From contig CAYVXC010000001.1 of assembly GCA_964454925.1 (NCBI GenBank), positions 3,927 to 53,825 of the forward strand: DNA of 49,899 nucleotides. The letters run 5' to 3'. Below are positions 1 through 7,992 of this stretch, one piece after another. The notes beneath the pieces were generated by a model. The model had not been told where the DNA came from. It made no database searches and worked only from the letters and a program-made list of their open reading frames with translations. This DNA is from an uncultured Bacteroides sp. (GTDB taxonomy: Bacteria; Bacteroidota; Bacteroidia; Bacteroidales; Muribaculaceae). Position 1 is the stretch's first letter, and each line of letters opens with the position of its first letter. The position numbers and the translations under genes are program-made.

Positions 1-1
1 G

Positions 2-532
2 TCAGAGACGGGAGAGGGCGGCAAGGCTTTCGAAGACCTCGGCGGCGCTCAGACGGCGGCGGCGACGGAGCGTGTCGGCAAATTCGCGGGCAATCTGGGT
101 CACTCCGCTGTGAGTGAAGACACGGTCGAGATAGCGATAGGTCTTATTGTAGACCAAATCAATCTCGTCGTCGTCAAGCTGACAGACCTCGCGGCCCTCG
201 TCGCGCAATAGAGCCCGGAGAGCAGCAGTCGATGCCGAACTGAGGGGCCGCGCACTGCCTATATAAGAACGACAGATCGCATTTCCCATAATCATGGCGG
301 CAGACAGCTCATATTGCTTAAGCAGTTCGCGCCACGCGAGAGAAGCTGTCAGTCGGGGATTTCCTGAAAAACCGAATGCAGGGGTAAATTCAACCCCGGC
401 CCCGGGGTCATTGTCGAGCGAAAGAGCCGCAAGCATCGGTTCGCCGTCCCACAGCACAAGTGAAATGGCCATACCGGTCAGCCCATACGCCCGGTCGGTC
501 TCGTCTGAATATCTAAGTGAAGATTTTGCCAT
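2..532 (-). CDS. Hypothetical protein, possibly a degenerate stand-alone peptidase M41 (FtsH protease domain)-like fold
   Basis: Complete 176-aa ORF (stop TGA at 2-4), 44 bp after porZ. RAYGLTGMAI and the C-terminal helix ...FADTLRRRRRLSAAEV resemble M41 segments, but there is no HExxH. Confidence 0.6.
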   Translation of the reverse strand: MAKSSLRYSDETDRAYGLTGMAISLVLWDGEPMLAALSLDNDPGAGVEFTPAFGFSGNPRLTASLAWRELLKQYELSAAMIMGNAICRSYIGSARPLSSASTAALRALLRDEGREVCQLDDDEIDLVYNKTYRYLDRVFTHSGVTQIAREFADTLRRRRRLSAAEVFESLAALSRL

Positions 533-576
533 TTTTTGATTATCCGTTTTGAGAAAACAACGCCGTGGCCTCCCTA

Positions 577-3003
577 TTAGTTCACCACGACAATCTTAGT
601 CACGGCTCCCTTCGATGACGAACCGTCACCGCTTTGGCTGGCATAAACAAAGTAAACACCCGACTTGACGCGGTTGCCCGAGCTATCGAGACCATCCCAG
701 GTGTACATGCCTCCTTCGGAACGGCCCTGGTGGAACACATGCCCGGCCGCATCGGCAATCTTGACCAACGAGTTATCCATCAGGTTGGTAATGGTGATCC
801 AACCCGTATAATCGGGACGGACGGGATTGGGATAGGCATAGACCTCGCTGAAATCCTCGGCTGAGGGCGACGAGTCTGAATTATAGGATACGAGTCCGGA
901 AAGAAGTCCGAAATAGACTTTGTTGGAATTGGGATCGCACGACACCGACAGCACGCAGTTATCGGGGAGCGGGGAGTTGTCTTTGGTGAAGTTTTCGAGA
1001 ATCTTATCACCGTTCTCGCTCACAAGGAAAACGCCGGACGCATCGGTAGCGATCCACTTGCGGTTCGAAGCATCGACCGCAATATCATAGACAATATCGG
1101 TTTCACAGAGATAGTCGGCATAATTGGTGCCGTCGTTACGGGGTACTTTTATTCGGTTGAGACGCGTCGTGTTGCTGAGATCGCGGGGATTGGTGATCTC
1201 GACCACACCCATCGTAGTCCCGAACCAGACACGGCCCTTCTTGTCCTCGACCCCACACACCCAGCGGTCGGGCGAATAGGGTTTTGCATCCTGGTCGACA
1301 ATGCCGTTAAACTCAAACATCTGGTCATCGTTGGGATTGGCGAGAGTGTTGTTGGTCTTCAAGGCGCGGAGCGGTTCTCCCCATTTACTTGAGAAACTGA
1401 AAACAGCGGGAGATTTACGGCAGATGACCAGACCCATATCCTTGTCGGCCGATTCGGTCAGTTTGGTCGGGCGCCAGTCCGAAGAAGCGACTGCGGTTAT
1501 ATCTCCACGAAGCTTCTCGGCCGGAAGGATATACCACGCATAATCACTTTTCCCGTCGTTGAAACATCCGACCCAGAGATTGTTGTCCTGGTCGATCCTG
1601 ACGGCCATGACGCGTGCGCCCCAGTTTCCGATAAAGGGCGAATTGTTCTGATTGAAAACGTGGATCTGTTCGTTGTTCTCAATGACATATAGACCTTCGA
1701 TATTGGCCGCCTGATAATAGCGTTCGGGATTCACCGGGTCGATCGCAAAATCGGCGACACCACCTACAAGGCGCTTGTGATTGCCTCTTTTCTGGGCATC
1801 GTTCGAAGCCCAGTCGATAACGGATGCTTCCATCAGCGACATGTCTTCGGGACGGTCGTCGACAAGACGGGTCACGGACTGGATGACATCGGTAAAGTCA
1901 CCCTTACGGCCGGCTTTGAACTGGGTCGGACCGAGATTGCAGGTCCACAGGTTACCATTCACGTCCCAATGCTGGAAAAAGACTTCGTCGGTGGCCACCC
2001 CGACCGGTTTTGACTTTTCGGCAAGTACAACCGGTGTTGCACCTGAAATATCATAGTTGGCCACACCGTCAGCATCGGCAGCCCAGACTGACTTCGCGCC
2101 ATTCCATGTCGAAACGAGCTGTCCGTCGAGTACAGAAGGAAGCATGACGGCTTCGCCAACCTCGGCGTTTTCGCCGATAGGGACAATCCGGTCATTGGTG
2201 ACGGTGTAGTAGCCGTCCTTGCCCGGATAGAGCCCTTTTGAGCCGTCAACCCCGATAGCCACGTTGTTGACCACCGACGGACGTTCGACACCGGTCATTT
2301 TGGCAAAGATAATGCGTCTCAGTTCACCGGTGTTGGTGGCGTAGACGAGATCCGAGCCTAAAGCCTTCAGCCAGTTCATACGCATCCCGGCCAGGAAGGT
2401 GAATTTGTCGATGGTATTGTGGGGAGCGTTGAACGGAGCGTAAACGAGGTTCTGACCATTGTGAGAGTAGAACATGAAAAGGAAATCGCCCACGCGGTCG
2501 ATGCTCTCGACCGGAAAACCGAAGTTGGCCGATTCGATGACCTCGTGACGGCCGAGGTCATAGGTCACGAAGCCGAAGTCAGTGGCCATGTAAGCCCGCG
2601 GGCCGTCGAAGTTGATGCTGCGGACGGCTTTTCCGGTCAGAATCGACGCATCCTTGATGTCGCTCATATTTACGGTGCGTCCCCCGTCATAAAGAAGGTC
2701 GATGTTTCCGTTGTCGTAGGCCACGACCAGACATTTGTGCTCGGGCGAATATTTGATGAGCGTGACATTGATGTCGTTGAGTTTGTTCTGGGTCGAGTAG
2801 GTATAAGTCTCGTTGTCGTTCTTGTCAAACGAGAACAGACGTTTGCCCGACGTGTAATAGACTTTGTCGGGAGTATCGACTATGTCATCGACCGTGCCCA
2901 GAAAACGCGGAAAAAAATGCCATTCGCCGATCGACTGCTGTGCGGTGGCTCCGATTACACCAAACAGAACGGCAAGAATGTATAACAGTTTTCTTTTAAT
3001 CAT
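577..3003 (-). CDS. porZ: T9SS component PorZ-like protein (beta-propellers plus C-terminal CTD)
   Basis: 808 aa with signal peptide, propeller repeats (DIAVDASNRKWIAT, FTKDNSPLPDN) and PorZ-type C-terminus VYAYPNPVRPDYTGWITI...WDGLDSSGNRVKSGVYFV...KIVVVN. Confidence 0.85.
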   Translation of the reverse strand: MIKRKLLYILAVLFGVIGATAQQSIGEWHFFPRFLGTVDDIVDTPDKVYYTSGKRLFSFDKNDNETYTYSTQNKLNDINVTLIKYSPEHKCLVVAYDNGNIDLLYDGGRTVNMSDIKDASILTGKAVRSINFDGPRAYMATDFGFVTYDLGRHEVIESANFGFPVESIDRVGDFLFMFYSHNGQNLVYAPFNAPHNTIDKFTFLAGMRMNWLKALGSDLVYATNTGELRRIIFAKMTGVERPSVVNNVAIGVDGSKGLYPGKDGYYTVTNDRIVPIGENAEVGEAVMLPSVLDGQLVSTWNGAKSVWAADADGVANYDISGATPVVLAEKSKPVGVATDEVFFQHWDVNGNLWTCNLGPTQFKAGRKGDFTDVIQSVTRLVDDRPEDMSLMEASVIDWASNDAQKRGNHKRLVGGVADFAIDPVNPERYYQAANIEGLYVIENNEQIHVFNQNNSPFIGNWGARVMAVRIDQDNNLWVGCFNDGKSDYAWYILPAEKLRGDITAVASSDWRPTKLTESADKDMGLVICRKSPAVFSFSSKWGEPLRALKTNNTLANPNDDQMFEFNGIVDQDAKPYSPDRWVCGVEDKKGRVWFGTTMGVVEITNPRDLSNTTRLNRIKVPRNDGTNYADYLCETDIVYDIAVDASNRKWIATDASGVFLVSENGDKILENFTKDNSPLPDNCVLSVSCDPNSNKVYFGLLSGLVSYNSDSSPSAEDFSEVYAYPNPVRPDYTGWITITNLMDNSLVKIADAAGHVFHQGRSEGGMYTWDGLDSSGNRVKSGVYFVYASQSGDGSSSKGAVTKIVVVN

Positions 3004-3032
3004 TATTATTCAAGTATATAGGAGGAGATGTT

Positions 3033-3644
3033 TTATATTCGATTCATTAAAAAGTCAAGCAGACGCGAAGTGGCGCGCCCACGGTGACTGACCCTGTTTT
3101 TTTCCTCGGGCGAAGCTTCGGCAAAAGTGCAGGTCCATCCTTCGGGTCTGAACACCGGGTCATAGCCGAATCCGGCCGTTCCGTGGGGTGTCGCGGTGAT
3201 TTCGCCCTCGACAACTCCCTCGAAAAGGTGTTCCTCGCCGTTCATGATCAGCGCGATCGCGGTCCTGAACCGGGCCGTGCGATCCCCCTCGGGGACATCC
3301 CGGAGGTTGGCGAGAAGGAGGGCCGTATTAGCCGCCGCATCGTGACCCTCGCCCGGAGCATAACGGGCTGAACGGACCCCCGGCTCGCCGCCAAGCGCGT
3401 CGACTTCGAGACCGGTGTCGTCGGCGAAACAGTCATAGCCATAGCGTTCTTTCACCCACCGGGCTTTCGTGAGGGCGTTGCCTTCGAGAGTCGGCTCGTT
3501 CTCGGGGATGTCCTCGTTACATCCGATGTCGTTGAGCGAAAGGATGTTGATTCGGTCGCCTACAATCTGACGGATTTCGTCGAGTTTGTGGGCGTTGTTG
3601 GTCGCAAAAACCAGATTTATAGGTTGGTTTGTATGATTGGTCAC
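3033..3644 (-). CDS. rdgB: Non-canonical purine NTP pyrophosphatase (RdgB/HAM1)
   Basis: [40 protein letters not shown] and SHRGRA motifs. Confidence 0.95.
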   Translation of the reverse strand: MTNHTNQPINLVFATNNAHKLDEIRQIVGDRINILSLNDIGCNEDIPENEPTLEGNALTKARWVKERYGYDCFADDTGLEVDALGGEPGVRSARYAPGEGHDAAANTALLLANLRDVPEGDRTARFRTAIALIMNGEEHLFEGVVEGEITATPHGTAGFGYDPVFRPEGWTCTFAEASPEEKNRVSHRGRATSRLLDFLMNRI

Positions 3645-3816
3645 TTCGATTGGAAAATATTACAAAATGGTTTGGGGCTACTTAACCAAACAAATAACGC
3701 TGAAAAAGCCTTTTTATTGCCCGGAGGACAGAATTTAGGGGAGAGTGAAGAGTGAAGATATGAGATACTGTGCAATAATTTTAGACAGTAAAACAAGGAA
3801 TGGGACGGCGTGGATT

Positions 3817-3846
3817 TTTGGGAGCAAGGATTTTTTCGTAATTTTG
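3817..3846 (+). promoter_or_regulatory. Bacteroidota sigma-A promoter (-33 TTTG / -7 TAATTTTG) for the lipoprotein-barrel operon
   Basis: TTTG at 3817-3820 and TAATTTTG at 3839-3846 (18-nt spacer), ~100 bp before ATG 3946. Confidence 0.6.
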
Positions 3847-3945
3847 CACCTTATTAATACCGGCTAAGACAGAAAACAACGGAACATTGACCGGTAAGCG
3901 CTTTTCTGATTATATTTTCAAACCAATCATAAACCATTTAATCGT

Positions 3946-5706
3946 ATGAAAATTCAATTCATCGCCGTGCCTATGCTGGCGGTTTTGGTATCGTCGTGTA
4001 TCGATGACAACTATGACCTGTCGGACATCGACACCACTACGCGTCTTCAGGTCAAAGACCTGACGCTCCCGGTCAATATTGACGATGTGCTTTTGAAAGA
4101 CATCATCACTTTTGACGCTAACAGCAAGATTCAGCCCATGGTAATTGACGGGAAGAGCATCTATGCGCTCACCCAGGAGGGCGATTTCAATTCAGAACCC
4201 ATCTTCATCAAGACCGTGTCAGCAGCCGCTCCCGTTCTTTCACCGGTAACAAAGACTCTAAGTCTGTCGAGTAGTCAGCCGGTATCGAGACGCGCCAAAG
4301 CGCCCGAGCTGAGTTTCACTTTTGACATCGTCGAGATGGGCAACACTTTCGAGTATTCAGACAAAGCCCTCGACAGCTCGATCGACGCACTCTACAGCGC
4401 GAAGGTCGAACCGATGACGTTCGCTGTCAAACTTGAGACAAATGGAGCGGCTGAAAAAATTGCATTCACCGACCTTGTCATCGCTATGCCCAAAGGCATG
4501 ACCGCCGATCCTACCATAGGCACTTACAACGCCACCTCGGGTCTCTGGACCATTCCTTTCCACAGTGTCAACGGCAACTCGTTCAACACCTCGATGACCG
4601 TGACCGCCATCGACTTCGCCGCCAACGGAGCCGAGGTCAAGAACGGCACCATCTCGCTCAAGAGCGAAATCACGCTGAAAAGCGGACGTCTGACGGTCGT
4701 TCCCGACCTGAATATCAACCCGAACGTTGACTACTCATCGGGCATCGAATTACGTGCAAGCTTCACGCTCAGCCCCCTGACTGTCAAGGCTATCAGCGGC
4801 CGAATCTCGTATAAACTCGCCGGGATGGACATCGCGCCCGTCAGCCTGGCCGACATACCCGACTTCCTCTCGGGCGACGGAACCAACATCAACCTGGCCA
4901 ATCCCCAGATCTGTTTGAATGTTACCAATCCGGTAGGAGCTGACAATCTTGATTGTCGCACAGGGTTGACTCTTAGCGCAATCCGCGAAGATGCACCGGC
5001 TCAGGACTTTTCTCTCGACAACGGGTTCTTTACAATCGGTCACAACCGCGGTACGGGTCCTTACAGCTTCTATCTTGCTCCATCAAAAAACAACCTCGTT
5101 GACCTACCCATCGGCGGTTCATTCTCATTTGTTCCCTTTACCGGATTGGGTCAGATTCTCTCGTCGCCGGCCGACGCTTCGGTCAAAGGTCTTCCCAAGT
5201 CAATCGGCATTCACCTCGACGAGCCTCAGATTCCGCTCCAGGAAGTCACCGATTTCGAACTGGGACGGTCGATCAACGGTGTGAAAGGTTCCTATCACCT
5301 GATCGCTCCGCTCGCGCTCAAACAGGGCTCGACAATCGTATACAGCGACCGCAAGGACGGCTGGAACGACGACGATGTCGACGCTATCACCATCACCCGC
5401 CTGAGTCTGACCTGCACGGTCACGAATACATGTCCCGTCTCGGCCGAACTCCGTGCCTATCCCATCGACAAAGAAGGTAACCGGATTCCCGGCGTCGAAC
5501 TCAAGACTCTTGAACCGATAGCAGCCAACTCGGTTGATCAGCCGGTAACGATCGAACTCAACGGGACGATCAAACATCTCGACGGAGTCATCTACGAAGC
5601 CGTTGTGAACGCCGGCTCATCTGAAGAAGCACTTAGCCCCGATCAGACCATCGCTCTGAAAAACATCCGCGCCACCGTCAGCGGATATTATGAAAAAGAA
5701 CTCTGA
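3946..5706 (+). CDS. Surface-exposed lipoprotein of unknown function (DUF4621-like)
   Basis: Lipobox LVSS-C followed by acidic IDDNYDLSDID (lipoprotein export signal-like); beta-strand-rich, 586 aa. The DUF assignment is from recall only. Confidence 0.7.
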   Translation: MKIQFIAVPMLAVLVSSCIDDNYDLSDIDTTTRLQVKDLTLPVNIDDVLLKDIITFDANSKIQPMVIDGKSIYALTQEGDFNSEPIFIKTVSAAAPVLSPVTKTLSLSSSQPVSRRAKAPELSFTFDIVEMGNTFEYSDKALDSSIDALYSAKVEPMTFAVKLETNGAAEKIAFTDLVIAMPKGMTADPTIGTYNATSGLWTIPFHSVNGNSFNTSMTVTAIDFAANGAEVKNGTISLKSEITLKSGRLTVVPDLNINPNVDYSSGIELRASFTLSPLTVKAISGRISYKLAGMDIAPVSLADIPDFLSGDGTNINLANPQICLNVTNPVGADNLDCRTGLTLSAIREDAPAQDFSLDNGFFTIGHNRGTGPYSFYLAPSKNNLVDLPIGGSFSFVPFTGLGQILSSPADASVKGLPKSIGIHLDEPQIPLQEVTDFELGRSINGVKGSYHLIAPLALKQGSTIVYSDRKDGWNDDDVDAITITRLSLTCTVTNTCPVSAELRAYPIDKEGNRIPGVELKTLEPIAANSVDQPVTIELNGTIKHLDGVIYEAVVNAGSSEEALSPDQTIALKNIRATVSGYYEKEL

Positions 5707-5730
5707 TAACCCCATAAAGTCATACAAAAC

Positions 5731-7110
5731 ATGAAAAGTATTTTTCGCACAATGATATTAGGTGGCTTTATGGCCGCCGGAGCACTCGCCGCGACTGCTC
5801 AGAACACCAACTCGGGATATTTCCTCGAAGGTTATACATACCGCTATCAGCTTAACCCCGCCTTTGGGGGTGACAAAGGCTTCGTTTCGATGCCCGCCCT
5901 GGGTAATCTTAATATAGGCGTGAACGGAAATCTCCACCTCAACAGCGTCCTCTATGACCTCAACGGCCGCACGGTTCTGTTCACCAATCCCGACATCTCG
6001 ACAAGCGAAGTCATGGATAAGATCCACGACAAAAACCGCCTCGGAACGGCGGTCCGCGTGAACGTCCTTTCAGCCGGCTTCAAGGCGTTGGGCGGTTTCA
6101 ACACCATTTCGATCAATGCGCGCGCCGAAGCGAATGTCCAGGTGCCCAAAAGCTTCTTCGAGCTTGCCAAAGAGGGAGTGACCAACAAGACCTATCAGAT
6201 CGACAATCTCCGCGCCCGTGCAATCGGATATGCCGAACTCGGTCTTAACCACTCGCGCGACATCAAGGCCGTCCCCGGTCTGCGCGTCGGTGCGTCGGTT
6301 AAGTTCCTCATCGGTATGGCAGCCCTCAATGCCGATTTCAAACAGGCCGACCTCACTCTCGGCCAGAACGAATGGACGGCTACCACCGACGGCGACATCT
6401 ATGCTAACTTCGGTAAACTCGAATTCGAGCACAAAATGAACAAACAGAACCGCGAATATGTGTCGGGCGCCAATTTCGACGGCGACGGCAGCATCGGCCC
6501 GAACGGATTCGGTATGGCCTTTGACCTAGGTGCCAGCTATGCCTGGAACGGGTTCAATTTCTCGGTCGGCGTTCTCGACCTCGGCTGGATCTCATACAAC
6601 GACACCAAACACGCCTCGACCGACGGAGTCCAGACGGTCAACACCGACGCCTACACCTTCAACGCCGACGGCGACGCAACCAACTCGTTCTCGAACGAAT
6701 GGAAACGCCTGCGCGACAACTTCGGCGACCTCTATCAGCTGAAAGACATGGGCGACGGCGGCTCACGCACCGTCTCTCCCGGCGCGACTCTGAATGTCGG
6801 TGTCGACTATGCGCTCCCCGTCTATAAAAAATTGAAATTCGGTCTGCTCAGCTCGACACGTTTCATCGGCGAATACACCTGGACCGAAGCCCGTCTGTCG
6901 GCTAACATCGCTCCGGCAAAAATTTTCTCGGCCGATGCCAACTTTGCTGTCGGAACCTACGGTACCGCTTTCGGCTGGCTCCTCAGCTTCCACCCCAAAG
7001 GCTTCAACCTCTTCCTGGGAATGGACCACACTGTCGGCAAACTCGCCAAACAGGGCGTTCCCCTGAACTCCAACGCCTCTGTCAACTTCGGTATCAACTT
7101 CCCCTTCTGA
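5731..7110 (+). CDS. Outer-membrane beta-barrel protein (DUF5723-like)
   Basis: Signal peptide, N-terminal GYFLEGYTYRYQLNPAF, amphipathic strands and C-terminal Phe signature (FGINFPF). Confidence 0.75.
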   Translation: MKSIFRTMILGGFMAAGALAATAQNTNSGYFLEGYTYRYQLNPAFGGDKGFVSMPALGNLNIGVNGNLHLNSVLYDLNGRTVLFTNPDISTSEVMDKIHDKNRLGTAVRVNVLSAGFKALGGFNTISINARAEANVQVPKSFFELAKEGVTNKTYQIDNLRARAIGYAELGLNHSRDIKAVPGLRVGASVKFLIGMAALNADFKQADLTLGQNEWTATTDGDIYANFGKLEFEHKMNKQNREYVSGANFDGDGSIGPNGFGMAFDLGASYAWNGFNFSVGVLDLGWISYNDTKHASTDGVQTVNTDAYTFNADGDATNSFSNEWKRLRDNFGDLYQLKDMGDGGSRTVSPGATLNVGVDYALPVYKKLKFGLLSSTRFIGEYTWTEARLSANIAPAKIFSADANFAVGTYGTAFGWLLSFHPKGFNLFLGMDHTVGKLAKQGVPLNSNASVNFGINFPF

Positions 7111-7154
7111 GCACTATTGACCGAATCCTCTAAGGATTGAAAATTTAGGCCTAT

Positions 7155-7197
7155 CAAAATGCCGTGCCAAATTTGCTTGGCACGGCATTTTGTTTTT
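7155..7197 (+). terminator. Intrinsic terminator, copy 1 of a duplicated palindrome
   Basis: Perfect 16-bp stem CAAAATGCCGTGCCAA/TTGGCACGGCATTTTG, loop ATTTGC, then a T-run; 44 bp after the barrel gene stop. Confidence 0.85.
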
Positions 7198-7210
7198 ATA
7201 GACCGGGATA

Positions 7211-7242
7211 TTTGGTAAATTTGAAGAAAGATTATACCTTTG
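7211..7242 (+). promoter_or_regulatory. Sigma-A promoter (-33 TTTG, -7 TACCTTTG)
   Basis: TTTG 7211-7214, 20-nt spacer, TACCTTTG 7235-7242. Confidence 0.7.
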
Positions 7243-7422
7243 TATCTAAGAAAGCCTCTATTTCCTTATCATAAATGGACTTATAACTTAATCAGATCCA
7301 TAATTGGTGCAATTAGACGTTATCATAGGTGCGAACATTTAGAGTCCTGGAGATAAAGCTAAGATATTAAAATTGCACAATTCTGTCACACAATTACTAC
7401 GTTTACTTTTTATATATTGATT

Positions 7423-7650
7423 ATGACGAATTTCTTTATTTATCTCGGGTTGGGACTTGTTCTTGCAAGCGTTCTTGTTGCCCTAATCGGCTGTCTGAGC
7501 GGAATGATAAGTTACAGGAAGAACGCTCCTAATATGCCCGCCAAAGCTTATTATACGCAATACGGTAAAAAGTTTCAAAAATACTTTTATATTTTAGCAG
7601 CGGTGGGGTTTTTGATTCTTGGAATTGTCTTTGCCATAACACTTACATAA
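7423..7650 (+). CDS. Small two-TM membrane protein (75 aa)
   Basis: ATG 7423 (alternative TTG 7417); two hydrophobic segments around a basic loop; AT-rich. Confidence 0.65.
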   Translation: MTNFFIYLGLGLVLASVLVALIGCLSGMISYRKNAPNMPAKAYYTQYGKKFQKYFYILAAVGFLILGIVFAITLT

Positions 7651-7823
7651 TGATGAGTAATATTTTCTTTTGGGCCGGTATAATTATATTTCTTTTGGGT
7701 GCTGTGATCCGTTACGCATCAACCAAAAAGAGAGATGGAAAAGTTTCAAAAAGCGTGAAATATCTCTCTATTCTATGTTGTGCCATTGGATTGGTCTTTG
7801 ACCTGATCTCCCTATTCGTTTAA
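7650..7823 (+). CDS. Small two-TM membrane protein (57 aa, absent from the ORF track)
   Basis: TAATG stop/start overlap with the previous gene. Translates MMSNIFFWAGIIIFLLGAVIRYASTKKRDGKVSKSVKYLSILCCAIGLVFDLISLFV and ends 19 bp before a terminator. Confidence 0.65.
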   Translation: MMSNIFFWAGIIIFLLGAVIRYASTKKRDGKVSKSVKYLSILCCAIGLVFDLISLFV

Positions 7824-7842
7824 ACCGATTTTGAGAGACTGA

Positions 7843-7885
7843 CAAAATGCCGTGTCAAGCAAATCTGGCACGGCATTTTGTTTTT
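7843..7885 (+). terminator. Intrinsic terminator, copy 2 of the duplicated palindrome (loop inverted)
   Basis: CAAAATGCCGTGTCAA-GCAAAT-CTGGCACGGCATTTTG followed by a T-run. Confidence 0.85.
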
Positions 7886-7898
7886 ATTAGTCACATTA

Positions 7899-7930
7899 TT
7901 TGGTTATTTTTGGTAAAGATACTAACTTTG
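7899..7930 (+). promoter_or_regulatory. Sigma-A promoter (-33 TTTG, -7 TAACTTTG) for the beta-helix gene
   Basis: TTTG 7899-7902, 20-nt spacer, TAACTTTG 7923-7930; ATG at 7993. Confidence 0.75.
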
Positions 7931-7992
7931 CGCGGTAATTCACATTTTGCGACGTCTAACAATCTTTTATTAATAATTTAATCCATAACTGA

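Noticed and set aside
3741-3768. Short purine repeat GAGTGAA x2 (and GAGAATATA x2 near 24261)
   Set aside because: Two copies only; too short to support a phase-variation or functional claim.
7155-7880. The two palindromes as a CRISPR array or IS terminal repeats
   Set aside because: Only two copies, 688 bp apart, with no cas or transposase gene and no evident target-site duplication.
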